A stretch of 63,695 bases of DNA, the filler included, from Octopus bimaculoides (Eukaryota): NCBI RefSeq assembly GCF_001194135.2. It is 5 parts of 4 records of this genome, joined end to end, with 100 filler letters (N's around TTAATTAATTAA, not from the genome) between each part and the next. Parts side by side here need not be neighbours in the genome. Positions count along the whole stretch, not along the records: positions 25,660 to 53,948 come from NC_068981.1; positions 54,049 to 57,128 come from NC_068984.1; positions 57,229 to 61,334 come from NC_068981.1; positions 61,435 to 63,695 come from NC_069003.1; 1 more part is not named here. One strand, written 5' to 3'. Positions 50,736-63,695 of this stretch are shown here, piece by piece. The notes beneath the pieces were generated by a model. The model worked only from the letters and a program-made list of their open reading frames with translations, was not told the DNA's origin and ran no database searches. How positions within the stretch are numbered: the first letter of the stretch is position 1; every line of letters begins with the position of its first letter. The position numbers were made by a program, and so were the translations under genes.

Positions 50736-50810
50736 ACTTGAATGTGGAGTCTAAAAACAGAAACAATTCCTATCATAGTGGGCGCATTGGGTATGATGAA
50801 AAAATATTCA
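50736..50810 (+). mobile_element. R4/Dong-type restriction-like endonuclease C-terminal fragment
   Basis: Translates RMWSLKTETIPIIVGALGMMKKYS, matching the P(I/V)(I/V)(I/V)GALG motif of REL-endonuclease LINEs. Confidence 0.6.
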
Positions 50811-51120
50811 ACCACATGGTCCCGGGTTCATCCCCATTGCATGGCACCTTGGGCAAGTGTCTTCTACTATAGCCTCGGGCCGACCAAAGCCTTGTGAGTG
50901 GATTTGGTAGACGGAAACTAGAAGAAGCCCGTCGTATATATGTATATATATGTATGTGTGTGTATATGTTTGCGTGTCTGTGTTTGACCCCACCCAACTT
51001 CGCTTGACAAGTGATGCTGGTGTGTTTACGTCTCCGTAAACTAGCGGTTCGGCAAAATGAACTGATGGAATAAGTTCTGGTTTTACAAAGATTTGCTCGA
51101 CTAAAGGCGGTGCTCCACCT
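50810..51120 (+). mobile_element. SINE family A
   Basis: ACCACATGGTCCCGGGTTCA...GAAGCCCGTCGT...GACTAAAGGCGGTGCTCCA. Confidence 0.85.
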
Positions 51121-51274
51121 GATAAAATCGGTATTTTAAATATCGATCTTATCCTTATTTGTATGAACTTATATATGTATTTCGTCATTATATTCAATGC
51201 GGTGGTATTCTGACCATATCACACGAGGATATTTTAAGTGGGCAATTTATATATATATATATATATATATAGTC

Positions 51275-51338
<64 letters not shown>

Positions 51339-51709
51339 CGGTAGATAGATAGATACATAACATACACACACACGCATATACACACACACCACTCACACAC
51401 ACATATACAGTAGAATATACAGGAAGGAAAATGAAACTTCGTATTCAGCTAATAGAAAAATGTTCCATTCAAACTACAAATCTGTAAGTCCAACGAAATA
51501 TACCAATTGAGAGGAGGCTGCAGCCATCACGGAATATAACTGTAAACCAAAAAAAGAATGAAAATAACTCTATTACATTTATTAAACAGCCACTGTCGGT
51601 TCAATATCTATGCATATGGATATTGAACCTCACTTTGAATGGTTTAGTAGTGTAGTGGTGCAAAGTTGTGGCGCCGCTAATGCTGAAGACCTCAGTTGAA
51701 ATAAATACT

Positions 51710-52402
51710 ATATGATGACGTTGATAATGATAATGTTGTTGTTGATGATGATAATGATAATGATGATAGCAAAGAAGACGACTGCCACGATACCGTTAGC
51801 GACGACGACGTTAATGATGCTGCTGATGATGACGACGATGTTGCTGATATTGTTGGTATTGGTGCTGGTGCCGTTGTTGTCAGCAGTGGTGCTGTCGATG
51901 ATGATGATGATGATGTTAGATCTGTAGATGGTGAGAAGCAGTAAGTAGTATTGGGGTGGCAGTAGTTTAGAGGTAGTGTTGGTGGTGGTGGTAGTGTTGT
52001 TGTTGTGGTGGTGGTGGTGGTGGTGGTGCTGATGTTGTTTTTGTTGTTATTGTTGTTGTTGATGCCAGAGATAGTGGTGTTCATATTGNNNNNNNNNNNN
52101 NNNNNNNNNNNNNNNNNNNNNNNNNNNNNNNNNNNNNNNNNNNNNNNNNNNNNNNNNNNNNNNNNNNNNNNNNNGGGGGGGAGTAATTAGCAGCGATGGT
52201 AAATTTGATAAGAGAGGAGGAGGAGGCGGAGGAACAGGGACAAGAGGCGGTGGTGGTGGGGGAGGGGGAGGGTGATTTCTTCTCTTAATTTTGACGTCGT
52301 CCATTGTTATTTATTTCATGGCTGTTATTTTAATGTTTCTGTTGTTGTTGTTGTTGTTGTTTCTGTTCACATTAAGAAATTGATCGTTAGATTATTTTAC
52401 AT

Positions 52403-52455
<53 letters not shown>

Positions 52456-52563
52456 ATAATAATAATAACGATATCGATAATAACAATAATAATAATAATA
52501 ATGTTCGCATTGATCTTTCTTCTTCTTCTTCTTCTTCTTCTTCTTCTTCTTCTTCTTCTTCTT

Positions 52564-52649
<86 letters not shown>

Positions 52650-52758
52650 TACCGTGAATGCTGTGAAATTTATCACTCAAACAATATAAACAGACATAAT
52701 TTAGTTTTAATATAGAATTTCTCTTAAATCATGAGAAAATTTGTATTTTGGCAACGAC

Positions 52759-52815
<57 letters not shown>

Positions 52816-52923
52816 TACTATTATTGTGGCTGCTTTTATTATTAGCAACATTAAAATAATGATTAACGTCTTCTTCTTCTTCTTCTTTAATTATTATTAT
52901 CATCATTATTATTATTATTATTA

Positions 52924-52991
<68 letters not shown>

Positions 52992-53293
52992 AAACAAAAA
53001 TTGTCATTCTTGAATCAAAAAGTCGGCATATAACTTTTAATAAATAAAAATAATTACGCCGGTTCCATGAAAATGTCTCACTATTTATCAGGAATATCTA
53101 ACGAAGACTTGAATTTAAAATTATCAAAACTCAGCTCAAATTTCTTTCGCCTCTTAATTTACATCGAAGATTTCATGATTCCATTTCAGGTGTGCCAAAT
53201 TTTATTATTATTACTATAATCATTACACTTCTCGGAGCTCTCGATTTCACTTGCTCCATTATTATTATTATTATTATTATTATTATAATTATT

Positions 53294-53326
<33 letters not shown>

Positions 53327-53450
53327 GCTGTTGTTATTTTTGTTTTCTTTATTCATTTACTTTCGTGCTAATGTAAGACCCTAACTCACAAACTGCAAAT
53401 GCTCTCTGCAATGTTTCCTTCGTACGAAGCCCTTGTGACAAATAGAATAA

Positions 53451-53500
<50 letters not shown>
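51710..53500. repeat. Cluster of trinucleotide repeats (GAT, GTT, GGT, TAC, TAA, TTC, TTA)
   Basis: Directly visible; long pure (TAC)n, (TTC)n and (TTA)n runs at 52400-53000. Confidence 0.9.
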
Positions 53501-53505
<5 letters not shown>

Positions 53506-53514
53506 TTATTATAT

Positions 53515-53765
53515 AAGGGTGGTGAGCTGGATGACAGGGCGGCGAGCTGGCAGAATAGTTAGCTCACCGGCGAAATGCTTAGCGTATTTCGTCTGCCGTT
53601 ACATTCTGAGTTCAAATTCTGCCGAGGTCGACTTTGCCTTTCATCCCCTAGGGGTCGATGAAATAAGTAACAGTTACACACTGGGGTCGATGTAACTGAT
53701 TTAATCCCTTTGTTTATCCTTGTTTGTCCCCCCTATGTTTAGCTCCCTGTAAGCAATAAAGAAAT
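53515..53765 (+). mobile_element. SINE family B, near full length
   Basis: GGCGAGCTGGCAGAAT.GTTAGC...GAGTTCAAATTC.GCCGAGGTCGACTTTGCC...GCAATAAAGAAATAA. Confidence 0.85.
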
Positions 53766-53779
53766 AATAATTACTATTA

Positions 53780-53948
53780 TTAGGCGCAGGAGTGGCGGTG
53801 TGGTAAGTTTCTTTCCCAACCACATGGTTCCGGGTTCAGTACAACTGCGTGGCACCTTGGGCAAGTGTCTTCTACTATAGTCTCGGGCTGACCAAAGCCT
53901 TGTGAGTGGATTTGGTAGACGAAGCTGAAAGAAGCTTGTCGTATATAT
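53780..53948 (+). mobile_element. SINE family A 5' half (ends at gap)
   Basis: GGCGCAGGAGTGGC.GTGTGGTAAG...GGGTTCAGT...GAAAGAAGC..GTCGTATAT. Confidence 0.85.
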
Positions 53949-54290
53949 NNNNNNNNNNNNNNNNNNNNNNNNNNNNNNNNNNNNNNNNNNNNTTAATTAA
54001 TTAANNNNNNNNNNNNNNNNNNNNNNNNNNNNNNNNNNNNNNNNNNNNACAAATACAAATAACAAGAATAACAACAGGTGTCTTTCGACTAAAAGGACAA
54101 GTTAAGCTGGCGTGTGAAGTGGAAGCCTTGCGGCAACAAACATAGGTGAAAGTCAGGAGACAGGAAAATAAGGTGTTGAGAGAGTTGCGCTTAGCCCAAG
54201 AAAGAAAGATCATGCTTGGCCGAAAACCGATCACGTGGGAGGAACAGAAATAGGTAGGAAGCTGGGGGATTGAAGAATTAGGGAAGGAAC

Positions 54291-54343
<53 letters not shown>

Positions 54344-54959
54344 AAGATACAAGGTCGATAACAGAAGAAAGTAGAGAGATTAAGGAAAGAGAATGCCAAG
54401 AAATGTGAGAGAGGAGGAGCAAGAAAAAGAAAAGAGGAAAGAAAGAGGAAAGTCGTACAGAATTTAGGTATATACTTGCATAAAATCTGAGCAAAAGGTG
54501 TACGTACACCGCTATATCTATATATAAATCCCCAAAACGGAACAAGAACATAACGACGACAATAAAAACATATGGACAGATGGACGATACAAATACGGAC
54601 AGGAAAACCAGGAGGGAACATCTGTGGCTTTCTATTCATCAGTCAAGCTTCCAATCATCATAACAGTTTCGGCCCTTACGCTTGAGACTGTTCAAAATTG
54701 GTAGGCCCCGAAAATCTAAGCTAATGTCATTAAAATTTTGGAAGAAAGCGAGCGAATATGTGCGACAACACGGGCAAAAAAAAAAAAGGAAACCTTTCTC
54801 TGTTCCTTCCACGTGATCGGTACACAGACCTTGACACACGCACATAAACACATACATACATGCATGCATACATACATGCACGCACGCACACACACACACT
54901 CACATACACACACGCACGCACATACACACACGCACATANNNNNNNNNNCCCCCCACACA

Positions 54960-55105
54960 CACATACATATTACGACAGTTTCTGTCTACTAAATCCGCTT
55001 GCAAGGCTTTGGTCGACCCGAGACTAAAGTAGGAGACATTAGCCTAAGGTGTCACGCAGTGGGACTTAATTCAGAGCCATGAGGTTAGGAAGCAAACTTC
55101 TTACT
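54960..55105 (-). mobile_element. SINE family A 5' half
   Basis: Reverse of the head, ending CAGCCGCACCTGCGCC. Confidence 0.75.
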
Positions 55106-55759
55106 ATACAGCCGCACCTGCGCCTATTGCCAGTTTTTTTTTTCTCTCAGGAACTGAAAAGTACGAATTTCAGAAAAAGTTATATTGCCTATAAACTTTT
55201 GCAAAAGATATCATAAAGCAAAATAGCAGCTACGTAAGTGCAAAGCTTAACTATGGTCTATAAATTGGATTGCTTTCATAAATTAAGATAATGAGGCAGA
55301 AATACAGAGATTCAGTTGTTAAGCAGCATGTTGTGTGATGGTGATAAAACTGAAGAACCCCACTGAGTTCGTGCTTATAGAATTTTTATGCACTATTTTA
55401 TGAATGGATCTTATTGGTTCTAAAACGTTTGTACTTATTGGTTTTAAAACATTTATAAGTATAAAAACACACATACATGCTCATACATAACGTGACAGGT
55501 AGCTAAAAATTTGGGTTCAGCTGTACGTCGAACATATTTTTGGCAAAAGACTGAGGAAGTGTATTAATAAGACGAAGTAGTTTTCATTAAATAATTGTGT
55601 CTTCCTGCCATGTAACTAATGGAAACATGTATATGTTTTATAAAGCATAAACAATCTCAAACATTTTCTGTATCTTATTAATAGTAAATATAAATGTGTG
55701 TGAGTGTGTGTGTACACATACATACACACACATGCAAACACATGTACACACACACACAT

Positions 55760-55792
<33 letters not shown>

Positions 55793-55954
55793 CATACATA
55801 AACATACGTATATGTATATATGTATATGTATTTATATGTATGTATACATATAGCGTGTGTTTGTGTGTGTGTGTATATGTGTGCGCGTGTGTATGAGAGT
55901 GTGACAGTGTTGAGTTGAATAGGATAAAGAAAACAAGAATATTTAAAAAAAAAA

Positions 55955-56190
55955 AAATTTTTTATTGCCCACAAGGGGCTAAACATAGACGGGACAAACA
56001 AGGACAGACGAAGGGATTAAGTCGATTACCTCGACCCCAGTGCGTAACTGGTACTTAATTTATCGACCCCGAAAGGATGAAAGGCAAAGTCGACCTCGGC
56101 GGAATTTGAACTCAGAACGTAACGGCAGGCGAAATACTGCTAAGCATTTCGCCCGGCGGGCTAATGTTTCTGCCAGCTCGCCGCCTTAAG
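55955..56190 (-). mobile_element. Full-length young SINE family B
   Basis: Near-consensus reverse copy from TTTATTGCCCACAAGGGG to GCCAGCTCGCCGCC, CpGs intact. Confidence 0.9.
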
Positions 56191-56359
56191 AATGCAGTAT
56201 GTGACGGTAGACGTTTGAAAGAGGAAAAACAATAAAAACTGAAAATTGAAAAGAGGCAAACAAACACTGAGATAGACAGCTGATCTGACCTGAAAACAGG
56301 ATTAATATTCGTGGATCGGTGTGTGCATACATACACACACACATACATACGTACGTACA

Positions 56360-56394
<35 letters not shown>

Positions 56395-56895
56395 CTATAT
56401 ATATGCATGCATATAAAAACACACGTGTTTAAATGCTATCCTATGTATGTACACGCTGTGTATACAGCGTGATCTGTGTGTCTCTCTGTGAGAATGTGCT
56501 TGTGCTGTGTTCGACTGTGTATGAGCACAGTTACGTAACTGATTGCCTATCGTCTGCGTCACCTAAACCCCAAGAGGGAGTGTTGAAGGGGTCAAGGACA
56601 ATATCTGACATCTAAATTATTCAATAGCAGCAGTGGATGTCGGAGCATAGAAGGGGAGTCCGTATGACTAATCTCAAATAAAGAGGTAATGAGAGTATAG
56701 GAGGAAGGGGGTAGTCAATTGGGGGACAAATTATATTTTCTGTATATAGTCGAGCTTGTTGTAAGGTTTAAGTATGTTCATGTTATATTTACACATCAAA
56801 GTACATACAGCCAGACAACCTTTAAAAATAACTCGATATTCTTTCTATTGTGCTCCTTCTCCCTCTCTCTGTCATTTATCTATGTTACTTTTTGC

Positions 56896-56935
<40 letters not shown>

Positions 56936-56949
56936 GCTTATATATATAT

Positions 56950-57125
56950 AGGCGCAAGAGTGGTTGTGTGGTAAAAAGCTTGCTTCCCAACCACATGGTT
57001 CCAGGTTCAGTCCCACTATGTGGAACCTTGGGCAAGTGTCTTCTACTATAGCCTTGGGCCGACCAAAGCCTTGTGAGAGGATTTGGTAGACGGAAACTGA
57101 GAGAAGCCCGGCGTATACATACATA
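56950..57125 (+). mobile_element. SINE family A 5' half (ends at gap)
   Basis: GGCGCAAGAGTGG.TGTGTGGTAA...TATAGCCTTGGGCCGACCAAAGCC. Confidence 0.85.
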
Positions 57126-57669
57126 TATNNNNNNNNNNNNNNNNNNNNNNNNNNNNNNNNNNNNNNNNNNNNTTAATTAATTAANNNNNNNNNNNNNNNN
57201 NNNNNNNNNNNNNNNNNNNNNNNNNNNNTATATATATATATATATATACACATGTAGACACACACACACACACACACACATACACATACGCATAATTATA
57301 TCATGTGTGTGCAATCTGTAGATTCTTCGGTTATTAGCAAAGGGTATCGGAATGATTTTGCAGCTGATAAAATCTTAAATGCTGTAAGCTTTATTTTGTA
57401 GTTCACTGTAAGTTCGCTATAAAGCCTTCTAAAAGACAGTTTCGTATTTAAACAAATGGTGCTAATAAATTAGAGACGTTTGTCGTAATACCGACCAAAG
57501 CATATTTACGTTTATCGTTCGTTTATCATTTAAATATCTTTTATAGATTCAAGTTCACTATTGATCGCATTTCTTCAAGATTAGCCTTCTTCACTGTATC
57601 AAAAATACCGAAACTCCCAAGAATGTCAGATTCTCCACAAAGCTCAAGTGTGATCTACAATAACATTTT

Positions 57670-57991
57670 GGTTTCAAAATTTGGCACAAGGCCAGCAATT
57701 TTGAGAAGAGGGGCCTAGTCGATTGCATTGACCCTAGCCAACTGCTACTTTTTAAATCGACCCCAAAAGGATGGCAGGTAAAGTCGACCTCGGTGGAATT
57801 TGAACTCAAAACGTAAAGAAGTATGCATTTATTCGGCATACTTGCCTACGATCTGCCTGCTCGCTGCTATATTTGTGTTTATAGATATTAGTTTCATACA
57901 AGGCCAGCAACTTTGGGGGAGTAGTAAGTTGATTACATCGACCTCAGTATTCAACTGGTATTTATTTCATCGACCCCGATTTGATGAAAAG

Positions 57992-58027
<36 letters not shown>

Positions 58028-58125
58028 CCAGCGGAATTTTAACTCAATACATGAAGACCAGACGATATGTTGCTAACTATTTTGTCCGGCGTGCTATCAA
58101 TCCTGCCTGCTCACCGCCTTGATCT
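57670..58125 (-). mobile_element. Two SINE family B copies in tandem
   Basis: GGTAAAGTCGACCTCGG.GGAATTTGAACTC and ATCGACCCCGA...GCGGAATTTTAACTC cores. Confidence 0.7.
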
Positions 58126-58819
58126 ACAATAAAATATTTCTCTCGTATCTGAAAAGCAGTTGCATCTTTAGGATGCACTCAAACGTACTCTACTCAATTG
58201 ATTAGAAAGAGCTCACCCAAACAGCCTACTTTTATTTTGGGCTCACAAATACGCTGTTTCCTCACTTTTCTTTTTCTAAGTCCCTTACATCTGTTTCCGA
58301 GACGTGACTGTTTTTATACCACCTTCTCTGAAGTCCACCCAACATTTTCCTCTCCGTATTCTCCTTCCATCCCCATGATAAACACTGTTGAATCTATAAA
58401 AGATATTTAAAACTAATTACAAAAATTATCTTTAGCTGAAAGAACTGCAATCTATAATAGGTTATGTCACATCTCATGATATTTCAACGAGCTTCTGGAA
58501 AGTATTTTGCGTAATGATGTCGGAAGTCGTCGTGGCGAAGCACTATAACTCTATTCATAATGTTTGACTAACAGTGGCACTTGTGTAATTATAGCAAATG
58601 ATTTTAGTAAAAGTCTAATGTTAGGACCTTTCTTTGTGCAGTGGACATATATATTGATTATATATGACGAGAAAATCATTACAATATATAATATTATATG
58701 CCATCTGTTAAAATTTGATGCGAATATGAATATTTAAAATGATTTGTGTATGTAAAAGAAAAAGGAAGTACACACATATATATATATGATCTCACGCACT
58801 TACATACCAGTATTTACCA

Positions 58820-58853
<34 letters not shown>

Positions 58854-59784
58854 NNNNNNNNNNNNNNNNNNNNNNNNNNNNNNNNNNNNNNNNNNNNNNN
58901 NNNNNNNNNNNNNNNNNNNNNNNNNNNNNNNNNNNNNNNNNNNNNNNNNNNNNNNNNNNNNNNNNNNNNNNNNNNNNNNNNNNNNNNNNNNNNNNNNNNN
59001 NNNNNNNNNNNNNNNNNNNNNNNNNNNNNNNNNNNNNNNNNNNNNNNNNNNNNNNNNNNNNNNNNNNNNNNNNNNNNNNNNNNNNNNNNNNNNNNNNNNN
59101 NNNNNNNNNNNNNNNNNNNNNNNNNNNNNNNNNNNNNNNNNNNNNNNNNNNNNNNNNNNNNNNNNNNNNNNNNNNNNNNNNNNNNNNNNNNNNNNNNNNN
59201 NNNNNNNNNNNNNNNNNNNNNNNNNNNNNNNNNNNNNNNNNNNNNNNNNNNNNNNNNNNNNNNNNNNNNNNNNNNNNNNNNNNNNNNNNNNNNNNNNNNN
59301 NNNNNNNNNNNNNNNNNNNNNNNNNNNNNNNNNNNNNNNNNNNNNNNNNNNNNNNNNNNNNNNNNNNNNNNNTATATATATATATATATGTATGTATGTG
59401 TGTGTATATATATATATATGTATATGTGTATGCACGAGCGTGTGTATGTGTTTCTGTATGTCTTTACACATGCACTGATATATATATACATAACTAAGTA
59501 ACCAAATGTAATGTCTAATCAAACGTAATTATAACAAATTAAGAAGAAAAGTTATTAGCGTTTAATGACACAATGTTATGACGGAGGAACAAAGGAAAGA
59601 AATAAAGAAATTTCAAATTAAACCGAAATGTGTAGAGAATTTGAAGTGTGGTAACAATTAAAAGTGTTCGGCAAAGTTACGGTCTAATTTTGTACATTTG
59701 GGGAGGAGGAAAATAGTGATTTATGAGTGGAAAACATTTATAAGTTCTGTTTTGTCTTGGGAGATAAATATTATAAATATACGT

Positions 59785-60005
59785 ACTAAGGCGACGAGCT
59801 GGCAGAAACGTTAGCACGCCGGGCGAAGTGCTTTGCGGTATTTCGTCTATCTTTACGTTCTGAGTTCTAATTCTGCTGAGGTCGACTTTGCCTTTTATCC
59901 TTTCGGGGTCGATAAATTAAGCAGCAGTTGCGTACTGGGGTCGATCTAATCGACTGGCCCCACCTCCCACCAAACTTCAGGCTTTGTGCCGAGAGTAGAA
60001 AAGAT
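59785..60005 (+). mobile_element. Full-length SINE family B, CpG intact
   Basis: GGCGACGAGCTGGCAGAAACGTTAGCACGCCGGGCGAA...GAGGTCGACTTTGCC...GAGAGTAGAAAAG. Confidence 0.9.
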
Positions 60006-60814
60006 TATTAGTTAGTTGGTTAAATATTTACTAACTAATCTATTGTTTGTTTATCTTGGTTAAACAGTAAGTCATAAATACATAAACACACACGCACACA
60101 CACATATATATATGCGCACACGCATGCTGGCACGAGGACACAGACACGCAACAAGATCTGTGACAGACAAACGCGGTTTCCGTATTGGACAAAGAGGAAG
60201 TCATTAAAAAGGTTGCAAATAACAACGAAAGAGCTTTTAAACAAGTTAAACAAGTTAAACAATCGACCGATTAGTTAGTTGGATATTCAACCAAACTGAC
60301 TAACAGTAAAGGAGTGGAACTGAACTAGTGCGTGTGTTAGTTATAATTGCATAATAATTCTCCCTTGACACAGCAAAATTTGTTTCAACACACGAACTCG
60401 CATAAAGAATCTGACAAACCAGATACAAAAATTTATGATAAGTCTTAATTTAAAATTTGCTGCGAATATATTGAAAATGACTTGTATACACAGAAAGAAA
60501 TTATTACTCATACGAACAGATATTAAGATACGAAAGAAGATCAAACTGCAAAGGCATTGCGAGCAGTCGAGAAATAGGTTGTCCTCTGCTGTAAACAAAT
60601 AAAAGACACCGGTGAAAGATTTCTGCGGATGCAATGTTGCAAAGGGGATGGTGGCTGAGCATTCCTGCAGGAGTATTTTAACATCCTCATACGTCGCTCG
60701 ATGCGGAAGTGTCTAAATGCAACCAAGTATGTGTTGGCCCATATACATAATAGTCTCATATCTGTGTACTATAGTCTTACATAATGGTTCTTACAATAAT
60801 GTGTAGCAAAGAGT

Positions 60815-60980
60815 ATCTAGAAGCGCTTGCTGTGTGACAAGGAGTTTGCTTTCCGACCACTTGGTTCCGGGTTCAGTTCCACTGTGTGGCACTTTAAGCA
60901 AGTGACTTCTACTATAGCAATGGGCCGACCAAAGCCTTGAGAGTGGATTTGGCAGACGGAAACTAAAAGAAGCTCGTCAT
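60815..60980 (+). mobile_element. SINE family A 5' half
   Basis: GCTGTGTG.CAAG...GGTTCCGGGTTCAGT.CCACTG...GGGCCGACCAAAGCC. Confidence 0.8.
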
Positions 60981-61130
60981 ATATTCTTTTATTCTGTAAA
61001 TTGTTTCAGTAATTTGACTGCAGCCATGCTGGTGTACTGCTCAGCCACTTGTACGTTAATTTCATGAGCAGGCTGTTCTGTTGATCGGATCAACTGATAC
61101 CCTCGTCGTCGTAACCGACGGAGTGCCACG

Positions 61131-61167
<37 letters not shown>

Positions 61168-61434
61168 TCAGTAAATAGTGGGGTTGTGTTAACCGCACGT
61201 GGAGAAATAATAGGAAAATGAACAAAAGCCAGAATGCTGAACTGGGAGCATAATTTAATAAAGATTTTTTCTAACCGGTTTTCATTGCGTTGAAGCAAAT
61301 TATCAAGAAGAAGGAGAATGAAAATGTTTTTTTANNNNNNNNNNNNNNNNNNNNNNNNNNNNNNNNNNNNNNNNNNNNTTAATTAATTAANNNNNNNNNN
61401 NNNNNNNNNNNNNNNNNNNNNNNNNNNNNNNNNN

Positions 61435-61487
<53 letters not shown>

Positions 61488-62159
61488 TTATATATGTTGT
61501 GCGTGTGTGTATGTATGTATTTATATATGTATAAATAGAAAACGAGAGAGTGGGGAGGGAAGGAGAGGGAGAGAAATATGGTAGAGGGATGAGGGCATTG
61601 GATGCATTGCTCTGCAGTAATTGTTCTGCAGTAATTGTTCTGTCTTTGACTCTCTAAGTTCTGGGTTCAGATCTCGGCGAAGTTAACTTTGCTCTACATT
61701 CTTTTGGGGGTCGATAAATGAAGTAATAGTGCGGTTCGGATGTTGATTTTCCCTCTCTGCTCTATTTCCCTCTGTTTTTCTCCTTCTCTCTCTTTTTCAT
61801 CACCCCTCTCTCTCTCTTTCTTTCTTTCTCTTTATTGTTCTGGAAGAAATTCGTTGCGTTCAGAAGCGAGATATGCTCCCCCAGGACTGAAAATTCACAA
61901 GACACTTTATATGTCACAGGGTACTCTATAGAATCGTTGAAGGCTTATGACAGAGTATGTCCTTGCATGTCATATAATATGTACTCCATATCTTTTCCAG
62001 AAACGAAATTTATTTCCAGTAGCAAATCGGTTCATTGTTCGATGCATACGCCTGATACCTTTATCATCGAATGCTAAAAGAGTCTTCAGAGAATGTTACT
62101 AGTTATATACAGTATGGTGATAAAAAGGGGTATTACAGACACGGCTATGCTTTCTACTA

Positions 62160-62500
62160 TAGGCACAAGGTCTGAAATTTGGTGGAGGGGCATAGTCGAT
62201 CTCATCGACCCCAGTACTTACTGGTACTTAATTTATCGACCGCGAAAAGATGAAAGGTAAAATCGATCTCAGACACGGCTAATATGACATCGGAAAAAAT
62301 TAACATGGACAATTTGTCTTTATGCTCTAGTTTTTTTTTTTTTTTACTCAGTCATTGGACTGCGTCCATGCATCAGCACCACATTGATGTGTTTAGTCAA
62401 TCAAATGGACCTCAGTACTTATTTTTTAAAAGTTTGATACTAATTTCTATCGATATCTTTTGCCAAACCGCACAGTTATACGCAGGCACAGATATATACA
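62160..62500 (-). mobile_element. SINE family B fragment followed by a SINE family A tail fragment
   Basis: ATCGACCCCAGTACTTACTGGTACTTAATTTATCGACC and TCAGTCATTGGACTGCG.CCATGC. Confidence 0.65.
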
Positions 62501-62512
62501 TGCATGATTATA

Positions 62513-63610
62513 CAGGGTGTCCCGAAATTAAGGAAACTGAAGTTTCGGGCTCTAATAACTATCAATAAATTTGATAAGATATGAAAATTCTACATCATTA
62601 TAAAAGCTTAGTGTTTTCTTTTTGCTTCAGACTAAATAAATTCAGATTTATAAATTAGATAATGGCTACAGACCAAAATACAATCATAGCCCTCGTCAAA
62701 GGAGGCGAAAGTAATACAGCAAAAAGAGCTTAAAATTAGCCGAAAAGTCTGGAAAAATTATTAAGAAATTTCAAGAGACTGGTTCCACCGCTGATCGATT
62801 TGGACGTGGCCGAAAAGAAGTGTGCGGACCTCTCAGCTTATCAAAAATACCAGAGAAAAGATACGGTAAAATCCTTGCCGTTCCGTCAGAAAACTGGCTG
62901 CCACAGCAAAAATAAACCAAACATCGATGTATCGAGTGCTGAAGGAGGATCTCAAAACCCACCCCTACAAAATGATCCACTGTCATGCGCTCACGCAAGT
63001 TTATAAGGCCACAAGACTGGAGAGAAGTCTCTTATCGTGCATCAGGTTGCTTAAGGCACGTTGCCCAGCCTGGTGTTCATTGATGAAAAGAAATTTGACA
63101 TCGAACAGACAGTAAACCACCAGAATGGCCGACTTTGGAGTGTATCTGGCTCCGTTGAGGGTAGATTCGTAAATTGACGTCATAGTCTACAATCAGTTAT
63201 GATTTGAGCGGCTGTGACAGCCGCTGGAAGGTCTTCCCTCGTTTTTGTGCCCCCGAGTGTTAAAATTAACACCCAGCGATATATTAACGACATTCTGGAA
63301 GTCGAACTGCTTCCAGGGTGAATGAGCACTTACAAGGTGCACCTTCGAACCTCCAACAGGACTCAACATCATCCCATGGCTCCAAACAGACACAACACTG
63401 GATTCAGAAAAACATTCCGTCGTTCATAGGCAAAGATGTATGGCTCCCAAGAAGCCCCGATCTCAACCCGTCGGATTTTTCTGTTTGGTCCATTTTGGAG
63501 ACGAGAGTCTCATGATTCGCTCGACGCTCTGAAGGCAAAACTGCGCCAGGAATGGGCTTCGGTTCCGCAAGAACAGTTACAACAAAATCAGGATTCAAAT
63601 TAGAATTCAA
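62513..63610 (+). mobile_element. Tc1/mariner-superfamily DD37D (maT) transposon relic, transposase pseudogene from ATG 62662
   Basis: TA|CAGGGTGTCCC terminus. Degenerate ORF ...KFQETGSTADR..GRGRKRSVRT...LVFIDEKKF...QQDSTSSH...PRSPDLNPSDF with 37 residues between the second and third Asp. Several in-frame stops and frameshifts. Confidence 0.88.
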
Positions 63611-63695
63611 AAGTTAATTACGTGAGTCGTATTTTTAATTATAGAAATATGCCATAATTAGAGAAAAGTTAAGGAAACAATCATTGCCGTCTTCA

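Noticed and set aside
51692-53047. Homopolymeric amino-acid ORFs (poly-T/S/Y/N/I)
   Set aside because: Products of trinucleotide microsatellites.
54001-54639. 212-aa minus-strand ORF
   Set aside because: Reverse of a GA-rich tract ending in a gap; low-complexity L/S/F content and no domain.

Overview
AT-rich, microsatellite-dense animal genomic scaffold with many N-gaps. The repeat families and simple-repeat load look like an octopus (cephalopod) assembly; this is an inference. The only confidently recognisable host gene is the first coding exon of Enhancer of polycomb (EPC1/E(Pc)) on the minus strand (18719-18871, GTAAGT donor). It sits in a CpG-retaining promoter zone, and the whole left ~18.7 kb appears to be its intron 1. 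The rest is intergenic or intronic and filled with tRNA-headed SINEs (two abundant families), RTE, CR1-like and R4/Dong LINE relics, a mariner relic, a DD37D (maT) relic, MITEs, a 27-bp minisatellite and compound microsatellites. No prokaryotic-type system (CRISPR, operon) is present. The most interesting unexplained signals cluster around EPC: a candidate 31-nt poison micro-exon beginning with TGA, a ~100-bp-arm intronic inverted repeat with A-C mismatches that loops out exon-like units, tandem uORFs, and a CpG-decay footprint suggesting a divergent transcript. Penelope-type minimal hammerhead ribozyme motifs also occur. Repeat coordinates are approximate (+/-20 bp) unless stated.
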